Positions 56,198-63,950 of a stretch of DNA of 64,000 nucleotides are shown piece after piece. Both the position numbers and the translations under genes were made by a program. Each line of letters opens with the position of its first letter. Positions within the stretch are counted from its first letter, which is position 1. The stretch lies in the IMG/VR virus record IMGVR_UViG_2622736508_000001, one strand, 5' to 3'. This DNA is from a virus. Its lineage: Duplodnaviria; Caudoviricetes. Below the pieces are notes generated by a model that was given only the letters and a program-made list of their open reading frames with translations, was not told where the DNA came from and made no database searches.

Positions 56198-57605
56198 GAA
56201 TCTTCTCCCCTTTTTCAATTGCCCTGTTACACAAAGGGCAGATATCAACTTCCGCCCATAAATCTTGAATAATTCTCTCTTGGGATGCTACTGCGGTAAC
56301 TGCTGCCGCTGCTTTTCTGCCGGCATCCTCAAGAGTATTATTTTTAATTCGGTAAATTGCCTGTAGCTCCCGGAGCCGATCCAGTTTACTGCGCTGCTCA
56401 TCCAGGCCGGCAAGAAGCGGATCCGCCTGGGCAATTCCTTGCAACGCATCCAGTAGCTTTTGACGGGCAGCTATTGTCACGGTGTGCGCCTGGTGTTGGC
56501 CAGCCAATAATCTCAGGTCATTAAGACGCTGCATACCTTGTTCCACATCAGCCAGGCTGCCAGTCGCGACATCTAAATCCTTAGTTATTGTCAGAACAGC
56601 AGTCGCATTTTTAATGTTCTCGATAATGCGCAGATACCGGTCTTCGCACTCAATTAACGTGGCGGCTTTGCCGAGCAATTGGTCAAGGATCAATACTTGC
56701 TCGGCGGCCTGCTCAAGCCCGACATATAAAGTAAGCTCCTGCCCATATTGAGATACTGAGATTTCAAGTCGCTCATACCTTTGTGCAAGATCTGATAGCA
56801 GCTGCAGCCTCTGCGCGCCAGTTTCCACATCTTGCAGATTTTGCTCGGCTGCCGGCAGTGATGCGTACCGCTGCAGCTCCGCCTCGAGTTTCGAGAGTTG
56901 CTCGTCAGATCTCTCTTTCTGCCGCTCCAGCATAGACAAGGTTTCATGCCTTGCGCGCAGCTGCTCGAACTTCTCCAGCAGCAACTCGCAGGCTTCCACC
57001 TGCTCTTTGAGCTGGTCAACGCCGTCATACTCTTTCAATTCTTCCGTTTTTTGCTCAATTTGCTTATCGGCCAGCAGCTTGTCCTGTCGGGCGCCATATG
57101 TATCCTTGGCTACTGACTTGAGCGCCTGGTCAACAATCTCGGTACCGGCAATCTTGCCCAGTACCTTGGCTCCGGCCGAAGGAGGCTCGGAAATCAAAAA
57201 CGGTGCGTCTAGCTGGAAAGCAAAATTCAGCGCTGTTTCAAAGTCGCCGAATGTCTGCCGGGTGATGCCGAGCGCCGCCGTAACTTCCAGCGGCACGTCG
57301 GCCTGCTCAAAATGTTGGGGTATCCCGATTGCAGGAACCAGGCGGTAGACGGTTCGCCCGCCTTTCCTGCGCCCTTTGATAATGTCAGTCCCATCACTCA
57401 GCGTAATTGTGACAATCGCCTCGCCGGTCGCCTGATTAATAAAATTCTCTCCGGCGGGCTCATTAAACGCGATCCAACGGATTGCCCGGATAAGGGCGGT
57501 CTTGCCGGAATCGGTGGGACCGGTCAAGACCGTAAGCCCAGGGCTGAGATTTAACTGGCTGTCGACATGAGACTGAAAGCCTTTAATGTGAACTGAAGCG
57601 ATCAC
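56187..57605 (-). CDS. SbcC/Rad50-like ATPase, N-terminal half with zinc hook
   Basis: IKGFQSH, GPTDSGKT Walker A, FAFQLD Q-loop, long coiled coil, C-terminal CPLC. Confidence 0.85.
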   Translation of the reverse strand: MIASVHIKGFQSHVDSQLNLSPGLTVLTGPTDSGKTALIRAIRWIAFNEPAGENFINQATGEAIVTITLSDGTDIIKGRRKGGRTVYRLVPAIGIPQHFEQADVPLEVTAALGITRQTFGDFETALNFAFQLDAPFLISEPPSAGAKVLGKIAGTEIVDQALKSVAKDTYGARQDKLLADKQIEQKTEELKEYDGVDQLKEQVEACELLLEKFEQLRARHETLSMLERQKERSDEQLSKLEAELQRYASLPAAEQNLQDVETGAQRLQLLSDLAQRYERLEISVSQYGQELTLYVGLEQAAEQVLILDQLLGKAATLIECEDRYLRIIENIKNATAVLTITKDLDVATGSLADVEQGMQRLNDLRLLAGQHQAHTVTIAARQKLLDALQGIAQADPLLAGLDEQRSKLDRLRELQAIYRIKNNTLEDAGRKAAAAVTAVASQERIIQDLWAEVDICPLCNRAIEKGEKIRGH

Positions 57606-57859
57606 GAGATCACCCGCCTAACAATAAACGATTTCCCCCGGTAATCCGTTCCCTGGGAAAACTCCAGCTTTACAGTTGGCTTTGGGTCCCAACCTGGCCG
57701 GCCGTTTTTTCTCATGCATTTTTTGCATTGTCTGACAGCATCCAATTCTTTTTTGAGCGCGCTCTCCTGATAAATGCAATTAATGCAGGATGCATTCTGG
57801 TTGATGTAATGCATTGCGGCCGCCATTATCCTAAAAGCTCCGCCCGGCAATTGCCGCAA
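57602..57859 (-). CDS. Small zinc-binding hypothetical protein
   Basis: CINC...CKKC...PGW; start uncertain. Confidence 0.5.
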   Translation of the reverse strand: MRQLPGGAFRIMAAAMHYINQNASCINCIYQESALKKELDAVRQCKKCMRKNGRPGWDPKPTVKLEFSQGTDYRGKSFIVRRVIS

Positions 57860-58071
57860 ACAACTTTGCCCTTAAATGACAAGACGTTGTAATCATTGCC
57901 GCAAAATATGCACTCGCAAGCCGGTTCATACTTGCGCAGGATAATGCGGTCATTTTCTACATAGATTTCCATTGGATCGCCTTCTTTGATATCCAAGTTA
58001 CGGCGTAATTCTTTGGGAATTACCACCCGGCCCAGATCGTCGACTCTGCGAACAATACCGGTTGATTTCAT
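57826..58071 (-). CDS. abrB: AbrB-family transition-state regulator
   Basis: MKSTGIVRRVDDLGRVVIPKELRRNLDIKEGDPMEIYVENDRIILRKY plus C-terminal CIFC...CGNC; very close to the Bacillus/Clostridium AbrB N-terminal domain. Confidence 0.9.
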   Translation of the reverse strand: MKSTGIVRRVDDLGRVVIPKELRRNLDIKEGDPMEIYVENDRIILRKYEPACECIFCGNDYNVLSFKGKVVCGNCRAELLG

Positions 58072-58147
58072 ATGCTCACCCTCCTGTATTTGATTTTTAG
58101 TTTTCAATAATGCTAAACTTTACGTAACAAAATTTTCTTAACCGCTC

Positions 58148-58291
58148 TTATTGGGCGGCTTTTTTTATCTTCTTGGTCAAATAAGGCACTGCAAGATTAA
58201 TTTCATTTTTGGAACCGCTGATGGTATATCTTTTCCCTCGAAACTGGTACCGGTAAGTAAAAATCCCACCTTTAATTGATGCCGTAATCAA
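58148..58291 (-). CDS. 47-aa basic peptide
   Basis: Manual translation from TTG (AGGAGGGG RBS): [47 protein letters not shown]. Confidence 0.45.
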
Positions 58292-58434
58292 ACTTCTCCC
58301 CTCCTTTTATGATTTTGATTATTACGGATAAACTGCTTTTGCAGTTGCCGCCAGCCCATATCCCGGGAGGCCAACATGACTGCGCCTGCAAACGCGGCAA
58401 TGGCGCCGGCCAATACTCCGATGACGATTTTCAT
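58288..58434 (-). CDS. 48-aa peptide with an N-terminal hydrophobic helix
   Basis: Manual translation: [28 protein letters not shown]...; ATGA/TTGA coupling at both ends. Confidence 0.5.
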
Positions 58435-58703
58435 TTGCGCTCATCCTCGCTTTGTTGTCTTGGGTCTGTTTCGTATAAGCAGAAAAACTTAATGTCGGCA
58501 AATTCTTTCTTGCCTGCATACGGATAGTACTCATCATTTTTCCTTTCTTCGACTACTAGTTCCCCAGGCAGCTGCATTAGTCGCTCGTGCTCATGAATAT
58601 GAACTTCAAGCTCGGATCTGTCACCCCTAAAGCCAATTGCTCCATGACGAATCAGTTCTTCTGTTGCTGCCTTAAGCAGCAATGCCGCTTGTTCGATTGT
58701 CAT
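58431..58703 (-). CDS. Hypothetical protein
   Basis: 90-aa ORF, translationally coupled. Confidence 0.55.
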
Positions 58704-58843
58704 TTTAGTTGCCCCCTCTGCTTAATCTGCTGTATTGCCGTTGACAGCACCATAATGGCTTCACCGGGCTGCAAAAACTGCAATAGCGTTTTAACTATGA
58801 TTGATGGCGCCCGTTTATTAAACATGTGCGATGCTTTTCCCAT
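58700..58843 (-). CDS. 47-aa hypothetical protein
   Basis: Manual translation: MGKASHMFNKRAPSIIVKTLLQ...; GGAGG RBS; ATGA overlap with the next gene. Confidence 0.45.
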   Translation of the reverse strand: MGKASHMFNKRAPSIIVKTLLQFLQPGEAIMVLSTAIQQIKQRGQLK

Positions 58844-58852
58844 AGCCTTGCC

Positions 58853-59059
58853 TTACCTCCCCTCAATGAAGAATCCACGCTTTTTGGCCTCGCGTTTCAG
58901 CTTGTTTAATCCGGTAATGCGCACCTCATGCTCAAGGCAAAACTCCAGTTCAGCATCAGTCAGTTTTGCAGGCTGATACCCTGGATCATCGACTGAGTTA
59001 TGCAAACTCCAACTGATTGCTTCCTTGCTGACGCCGGGTGGAAGTTCAACGCTTTTCAT
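58853..59059 (-). CDS. 68-aa hypothetical protein
   Basis: Start re-called at MKSVEL (GGAGG RBS). Confidence 0.55.
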   Translation of the reverse strand: MKSVELPPGVSKEAISWSLHNSVDDPGYQPAKLTDAELEFCLEHEVRITGLNKLKREAKKRGFFIEGR

Positions 59060-59312
59060 GTACCTCCGGGATATCACGGTTGCCAACAAAGTCCACCTCC
59101 TTTGCAGGGAATACAATTTTACCGCCAATAGCCTGAAGAACGACTTTTCCGTCTTCCCCGACAATCCGGACCTCATGAAATAGAATTTTTTGTAATTTGA
59201 CATACCTTACCGCTTCCTCGCAGCCATTTAGATTAACGGCCGGCGTATGCCACCGTCCATCAGCAACAGGGAAACAATAGCCTTTAAATTGCTCATTAGG
59301 TGTATTAATCAA
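59046..59312 (-). CDS. Hypothetical protein
   Basis: 88-aa ORF with GGAGG RBS. Confidence 0.55.
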   Translation of the reverse strand: MINTPNEQFKGYCFPVADGRWHTPAVNLNGCEEAVRYVKLQKILFHEVRIVGEDGKVVLQAIGGKIVFPAKEVDFVGNRDIPEVHEKR

Positions 59313-59644
59313 TTAGTGACCTCCTTCCAGTGCTTTCGGGCAGCCAGCGCATTCAGATCGGCCTGGGCCTTGTCAAAACTACCTTGCCAGGGAAGCGTTT
59401 TATAGCTGCGGCCGTTGCCTAATTGTCCGGCCTTTAGATAAAAAGTTCTATAGCTATGCAAACCTACTTGGGACCTTACGAAATATCGCCATCCACGTCC
59501 ATCTTCATAGATTTTTACAAACCGGCAAGGTTCTTCATCTGGATGCAATGACCCAGGTATTCCCGGACAAATCAGCGCGGCTGGCTTGTTTATGTTTGGG
59601 CACATACAACAACGGAAGGGTAGATATTCCGGAACTGCGCTCAT
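59309..59644 (-). CDS. Hypothetical protein (Cys-rich N-terminus)
   Basis: 111 aa; C-terminal FDKAQADLNALA..K.W motif. Confidence 0.55.
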   Translation of the reverse strand: MSAVPEYLPFRCCMCPNINKPAALICPGIPGSLHPDEEPCRFVKIYEDGRGWRYFVRSQVGLHSYRTFYLKAGQLGNGRSYKTLPWQGSFDKAQADLNALAARKHWKEVTN

Positions 59645-59765
59645 CAGACATTTCCTCCTTTAACAAAGCCTCAAAACCTGCCTTCCCTTCCCGTGTTTTG
59701 GGTATCGGCTGCCGATTAGGCCGCCGATCAGCAACAACTTGTACACTTTGAATACTCAGCTTCAT
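59535..59765 (-). CDS. Hypothetical protein
   Basis: ATGA-coupled to the upstream ORF; C-terminus overlaps the next gene by about 110 nt. Confidence 0.35.
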   Translation of the reverse strand: MKLSIQSVQVVADRRPNRQPIPKTREGKAGFEALLKEEMSDERSSGISTLPLLYVPKHKQASRADLSGNTWVIASR

Positions 59766-60049
59766 GACTTGGTTACGAATCCATTCCCTAAAGCATCATC
59801 AATTTTTCCTTTGATGAGTTTGGAAATTGAGAGTAAGAATTGCAATGAACTTGATCCGAAGCCATAAAACCTTGAATCTGATCTGGCAAAAGCCAAGAAA
59901 TCTTGTACATTATTAATAACGACAGGATCTTCCCCTAGCCGTTCAATAGTGATTTTTGCTGCTGGCTGAACAGCCGAACTCTTGACCATAACAGATATGT
60001 TACTATTCTCCTGCTGTGCTTTCTTGATGTTTTCGCTGAAATTGAACAT
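59762..60049 (-). CDS. Hypothetical protein
   Basis: 95-aa ORF with GGGAGG RBS. Confidence 0.55.
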   Translation of the reverse strand: MFNFSENIKKAQQENSNISVMVKSSAVQPAAKITIERLGEDPVVINNVQDFLAFARSDSRFYGFGSSSLQFLLSISKLIKGKIDDALGNGFVTKS

Positions 60050-60095
60050 CTTATTGCCTCCCTGATTCAGTTTTGAAAGAACAATCTATGTCAAG

Positions 60096-60176
60096 GGGAC
60101 GTATGCATACATCCCTCGAAGCGGGTTCCCGCGACGCTCCTATAGGAGCGTTTCGGCCATCGCCCAGATGGCCATC
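60096..60176 (-). ncRNA. Candidate structured cis-RNA: four adjacent hairpins
   Basis: Hairpins at 60096-60115, 60121-60132, 60134-60151 (perfect 18-bp palindrome) and 60155-60173. Confidence 0.35.
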
Positions 60177-60197
60177 ATCAGGCGGGTGGTTTGTTGA

Positions 60198-60228
60198 ACA
60201 GGGAATTATTGGTTTTTGTCGAATTTTC
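60198..60228 (+). promoter_or_regulatory. Sigma-H-type promoter, copy 2 of the 31-bp element
   Basis: ACAGGG-AATTATTGGTTTTTGTC(17)-GAATTTTC. Confidence 0.65.
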
Positions 60229-60277
60229 TCCTTCAAAGAGTAAATACCTATTCCACATACATTTAGGAGATGATAGT

Positions 60278-60724
60278 TTGTTTAACTGGTCAGTCTTTCT
60301 CTACTCATCGCTTGCAGCTGCTTTAATAAGCTTTTTTCTTAACCGTGCTTATGATCAGTACATGAGCTCTAAGATAAAGAAAAAACGCTTAAAGGGAATA
60401 CGAGAAGTGTTAATTCAAAACATTAGTTGTGATATGTTTTGGCTGAAGCAGATATTTAACTATGAGCCAGAGCTAACGTTTACATCATGGAATGATATAA
60501 AAATCAATTTAAGCACTAATCTTCCAATCGAATATCGAGTAGAGCTTTATCAATTAAACCCAGACGCCTTTCTTGCAGTTCAGTCATATTATTATGAACT
60601 TGAACGCTTTAAATTGGCTTTTAAAAAATCATTACACACAATTGAACCAGAAGAGCTGGTTCAATTAATCATTGAAAAGGGGAATTCTATTCTTGTAACC
60701 CTAAGAGCGAAAGAGTTTATTTAA
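60278..60724 (+). CDS. Antisense accessory membrane protein (moron)
   Basis: TTG start with AGGAGA RBS; N-terminal TM (VFLYSSLAAALISFFL) followed by a basic helix; AT-rich. Confidence 0.7.
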   Translation: MFNWSVFLYSSLAAALISFFLNRAYDQYMSSKIKKKRLKGIREVLIQNISCDMFWLKQIFNYEPELTFTSWNDIKINLSTNLPIEYRVELYQLNPDAFLAVQSYYYELERFKLAFKKSLHTIEPEELVQLIIEKGNSILVTLRAKEFI

Positions 60725-60814
60725 AAAAATATTTAATACGAACGATATTACTGTTGCTCCAATCGTAGTGACTAATATTGGATGATTGTTCGCAAACTGC
60801 TCCATCCGTTTCAT
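60701..60814 (-). CDS. 37-aa single-TM peptide
   Basis: MKRMEQFANNHPILVTTIGATVISFVLNIFLNKLFRS; 3' end overlaps the antisense moron by 24 nt. Confidence 0.55.
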   Translation of the reverse strand: MKRMEQFANNHPILVTTIGATVISFVLNIFLNKLFRS

Positions 60815-60815
60815 C

Positions 60816-60973
60816 TCACTTCCCTTTCTGCGTTGCGTTTTGCTGCTCTTGCAGCTTCGCCAAAACATCTGGCAGTAAAAATTGTGCAAATACCGTAATA
60901 GGCTGGTCATCCGGATGACTTTCTTCCACTACACGGCGCTCACAGTTTTTAGGTTTGCGTATATCGTGATCAT
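60816..60973 (-). pseudogene. Small gene apparently broken by a 1-bp deletion
   Basis: AGGAGG + ATG gives MITIYANLKT then a stop. Adding one base near 60943 restores ...T(G)ERRVVEESHPDDQPITVFAQFLLPDVLAKLQEQQNATQKGK, ending next to the following ATG. Confidence 0.4.
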
Positions 60974-61020
60974 TTGGGTTCACCTCCTTTCCCACACCAG
61001 AAACGAAAGGTCAATCTCTT

Positions 61021-61293
61021 CTATCTAGCCGGCCTCAACTTGCTTAATATCCCGCGATTGCCGCTTTTTTGACACTGTTTGGGCATCTCTACTCGCCTGG
61101 CTTCAGGTGGAACCAATTGCTGAGTTATTACTGTTTTATGATCTTTTAGCCAGTTTTCAAAATCACCGTCCTCTATGTATATACGTCTGCCGATTTTTAT
61201 AACCGGCAGGCCATGCTTATAAATCCAGCTGCTCACAATGGCTTCTGATACTTGCTCTTTTTCCGCAAAGGCTTTTATGGTATACCTTGGCAT
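61021..61293 (-). CDS. Excisionase-like HTH protein
   Basis: YTIKAFAE..QVSE..V..WI...GLPVIKIGRRIYI (HTH_17-like). Confidence 0.75.
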   Translation of the reverse strand: MPRYTIKAFAEKEQVSEAIVSSWIYKHGLPVIKIGRRIYIEDGDFENWLKDHKTVITQQLVPPEARRVEMPKQCQKSGNRGILSKLRPAR

Positions 61294-61373
61294 ATAGTAG
61301 CCTCCTATCGTAAAGAAATTTACTCTTCAGTGCTTTAAGCTAAATAATTATTTAAATCAGTTCCTTAAAAGGG

Positions 61374-61628
61374 TTAAATTGCAGCTTGATTACGCAACAG
61401 TTCGCTAAAAGTTGACTCTTTGCCAAAAAAAATATAGTCCTTAGGTGTTTTGTATATTTTTTCAATTACTATAATTTTTTCAAATGGCATTTTCCCTGAA
61501 TCTGATTCCCAAGCACGAAGAGTTGGAGTACTAACACCTAGTAATACTGCAGCTTCTTCCTGGGTATAATTAAACTTAACACGCAATGAACGAAGCGTAT
61601 TGCGAAGCGTGAGTGGAATTTCATTCAT
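61374..61628 (-). CDS. Cro-like XRE HTH regulator
   Basis: LRSLRVKFNYTQEEAAVLLGVSTPTLRAWE; divergent from cI. Confidence 0.85.
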   Translation of the reverse strand: MNEIPLTLRNTLRSLRVKFNYTQEEAAVLLGVSTPTLRAWESDSGKMPFEKIIVIEKIYKTPKDYIFFGKESTFSELLRNQAAI

Positions 61629-61657
61629 AATAGTCTCCCTCCTCTTTTCTTGTTTTA

Positions 61658-61758
61658 ATTTTAGTCAACTTTTAGTAAACTGTCAATAAATTGTTTTGTT
61701 TTTAGCAAACTTTTTTACTTTTTTACTTGTGTCTGTTTGCTTTTAGTTATATTATAAT
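61658..61758. promoter_or_regulatory. Lysis/lysogeny switch: lytic promoter, cI promoter and operators
   Basis: Minus-strand TTGACA-17-TAAAAT (61686-61658); plus-strand TATAAT at 61753; repeated TTTAG(T/C)AAAC / TTAGTCAAC boxes. Confidence 0.75.
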
Positions 61759-61786
61759 ATTAAGTACTAAATATGGGGGTAGCAAA

Positions 61787-62419
61787 ATGGATGAAGTTAA
61801 TCAGATTAAATCTGCATTTTCGAAAAACATGCTGAAATTAAGAAAAAGTAATGATTTAACTCAAGAAGAAGTAGCTAATGCACTGGGCGTAACCAAGGGT
61901 GCTGTTTCGGAATGGGAAAGTGCGAAAAAACTACCCAACGCTGGAAATCTTGAGAAACTTGCATCTTATTTCAAAATCCCCAAAAGTGCTTTACTTGCCG
62001 AAGAACATGATCAAATTATTACCTATGATAAAACGATTAACCTCCCTATCGTCGGGAAAATATCCTGTGGAAATGGATCTTTTGCATATGAAGAAATTGA
62101 AGGGTATGAACCTACTCCCGCTGATTGGCTAAATGGTGGTGAATACTTTTACACTAGGGCCCAGGGCGACAGTATGATTAACGCCAGAATACATGACGGA
62201 GACCTCCTATTAATCCGAAGGCAACCTGACGTAGAAGATGGTGAAATTGCAGCAGTATTAATAGATGAAGATATTTTTCTTAAACGAGTATTTAAGCGTA
62301 ACGGAACTGTTATTTTGCAATCTGAAAACCCAGCATATCCTCCTATTATTAGTAATTCTAATAGCTGTAATAATTGTATGATTATTGGCAAGCTAAAAAA
62401 AGTTAGTTTTAATATGTAA
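61787..62419 (+). CDS. CI/LexA-type repressor (XRE HTH + S24 autopeptidase)
   Basis: LTQEEVANALGVTKGAVSEWE, cleavage region VGKISCG, GDSM catalytic Ser, LKR. Confidence 0.92.
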   Translation: MDEVNQIKSAFSKNMLKLRKSNDLTQEEVANALGVTKGAVSEWESAKKLPNAGNLEKLASYFKIPKSALLAEEHDQIITYDKTINLPIVGKISCGNGSFAYEEIEGYEPTPADWLNGGEYFYTRAQGDSMINARIHDGDLLLIRRQPDVEDGEIAAVLIDEDIFLKRVFKRNGTVILQSENPAYPPIISNSNSCNNCMIIGKLKKVSFNM

Positions 62420-62426
62420 AAAATAA

Positions 62427-62520
62427 AGACTGTCCAGCGCACCACCGCTGAACAGTCTGAGGTACAACTAACCATATAGGTCAATCGTACACCTTCGTAA
62501 GTATTATAACCGATTGACCT
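62427..62520 (+). promoter_or_regulatory. Structured integrase leader (two hairpins)
   Basis: AGACTGT.CAGCG-caccac-CGCTG.ACAGTCT, and AGGTCAATCG...CGATTGACCT enclosing TATTATAA. Confidence 0.45.
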
Positions 62521-62556
62521 CTGAAAAACCACTTATTTTAAGGAGGTCTATTTTTT

Positions 62557-63816
62557 ATGCCCAGTAAAATTAAAAAACGTGGGAAAAATTCATATCAATT
62601 CTTTGTACCTGACGGCTATGATGCCAATGGCAAACAGTTGGGATTCACAACTACAGTAACCTGTGACAATATTACCGAAGCAAAGAAGCAATACGACATT
62701 TTTAAGGCTAACTGCTTGCATGGCAAAGTGCTGGCCACTGGAACAAAAAAAATGACACTTAAAGAATTTTATGATTACTGGACGACTCATTACGCCATTC
62801 CTATCGCGCATCACGAAGCGACCACCATGTTCCTAAATGATTTCTTATTTTCCCGGATTGAAGTAGTACTGGGTTCGTTGATGCTTGATAAAATTCAACC
62901 CCGACACATACTGGACTTTTTTAAGCAGCTTTCCGCCCCTGATGCGGGTACTAATGATAAACAGATGTCACCCAATTATATTTACAAGCATTATGTCCTG
63001 CTTAACACTTTATTTACGGCTGCGGCAAAATGGAAATTCCTTACTGGGAACCCGATACAGGAAATCACCCCGACGAAAAAAACTAAACCAATAAAAAATA
63101 TTCCCGACGAAGATGATCTGTCTCTATTTTTGGTTACATTAGAAAAAGAAACTACTAAACATAAATTATGGGTGTTTGCCGCTTTCGCTAAAGGCTTACG
63201 TCGAGAAGAAATCTTCGGTTTGCAGTGGGATGATTTTAATTTTAAAACTACGGTAGACCTTACCCGTAAAAAGCCAACAGTAACGATTAACCGCGCCATT
63301 GTATACATTTCTGGAAAGCCCCTTATCGAAAAATCCACAAAAACCACTAATTCGCACAGAACTTTAGTTTTGCCTATGTTTTTGGCTGTATTGATTTTAA
63401 GCTGGAAAGACGAACTTAGAGCTAAAGTTAAAAAGCGAAATAAGCGCCGAAAAATCTTCAGCATGGAAGATCCCACTGGGCCAGGCAAATGGGTTTTCCC
63501 TCAGGTAGACGGTAAGAAATGCGGCCATCCTTGTAGTTTTACTACTTTTCTGAGACGTTTTTGTATAAATGAGAAATTAAAACGCGTTAGCCCGCATCTA
63601 CTTCGCCATATGTGGGGGAGTTACCTAATTAGAGAAAATGACATTGATATTGCAGAGATCAGCAAAGAATTGGGACACAGCAGTAAATCCTTTACCTGGA
63701 ATACATATATTCATGAGATTAACTCGGAAAAAGAAAAAACAGCCACCGCAATGGACAACCTTATTAACAGGCTTAACCCGCAAACTTCATTATTAACGAC
63801 AAAAGGACAGGCATGA
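62557..63816 (+). CDS. int: Tyrosine recombinase (phage integrase)
   Basis: GLRREE (R), KSTKT (K), PHLLRH (HxxR), LGHSS...TWNTYIH (H/Y). Confidence 0.93.
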   Translation: MPSKIKKRGKNSYQFFVPDGYDANGKQLGFTTTVTCDNITEAKKQYDIFKANCLHGKVLATGTKKMTLKEFYDYWTTHYAIPIAHHEATTMFLNDFLFSRIEVVLGSLMLDKIQPRHILDFFKQLSAPDAGTNDKQMSPNYIYKHYVLLNTLFTAAAKWKFLTGNPIQEITPTKKTKPIKNIPDEDDLSLFLVTLEKETTKHKLWVFAAFAKGLRREEIFGLQWDDFNFKTTVDLTRKKPTVTINRAIVYISGKPLIEKSTKTTNSHRTLVLPMFLAVLILSWKDELRAKVKKRNKRRKIFSMEDPTGPGKWVFPQVDGKKCGHPCSFTTFLRRFCINEKLKRVSPHLLRHMWGSYLIRENDIDIAEISKELGHSSKSFTWNTYIHEINSEKEKTATAMDNLINRLNPQTSLLTTKGQA

Positions 63817-63829
63817 CAGCCTGTCCTTT
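63802..63829 (+). terminator. Hairpin at the integrase stop
   Basis: AAAGGACAGGC-ATGACA-GCCTGTCCTTT. Confidence 0.7.
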
Positions 63830-63850
63830 CTGTATGAACATTTATCAAAT

Positions 63851-63893
63851 TTGTCCTTTTTAAACCGTCCCAAGGGACAAGCTAAGGGACAAG
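63851..63893. repeat. Probable integrase arm-type binding sites
   Basis: AAGGGACAAG direct repeat at 63872 and 63884, plus inverted TTGTCC/GTCCC copies, between int and the tRNA. Confidence 0.5.
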
Positions 63894-63950
63894 GTTACAT
63901 AAGTAAAAAAGTGTCACAGGCCACCGACCCGCGACACATCTATATTCTCA

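Larger units (their letters stand above)
1..63950. mobile_element. Temperate siphovirus-like prophage integrated at the 3' end of tRNA-Arg; left boundary lies outside the window
   Basis: Complete ordered modules: integrase, CI/Cro, replication, terminase, head, tail, lysis. Integrase sits next to a tRNA 3' end. No duplicate of the tRNA 3' sequence was seen near the left edge. Confidence 0.95.

Noticed and set aside
60051-60236. 61-aa minus-strand ORF
   Set aside because: Runs across the sigma-H promoter and the four-hairpin element, has no RBS, and is not protein-like.
60929-60931. In-frame TAG after MITIYANLKTVSAV as possible pyrrolysine/amber read-through
   Set aside because: The read-through frame gives an implausible sequence; a 1-bp deletion explains the locus better.
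61008-61016. AGGTCAATC shared with the int-leader inverted repeat (62478)
   Set aside because: A single 9-mer match is expected by chance in 64 kb.
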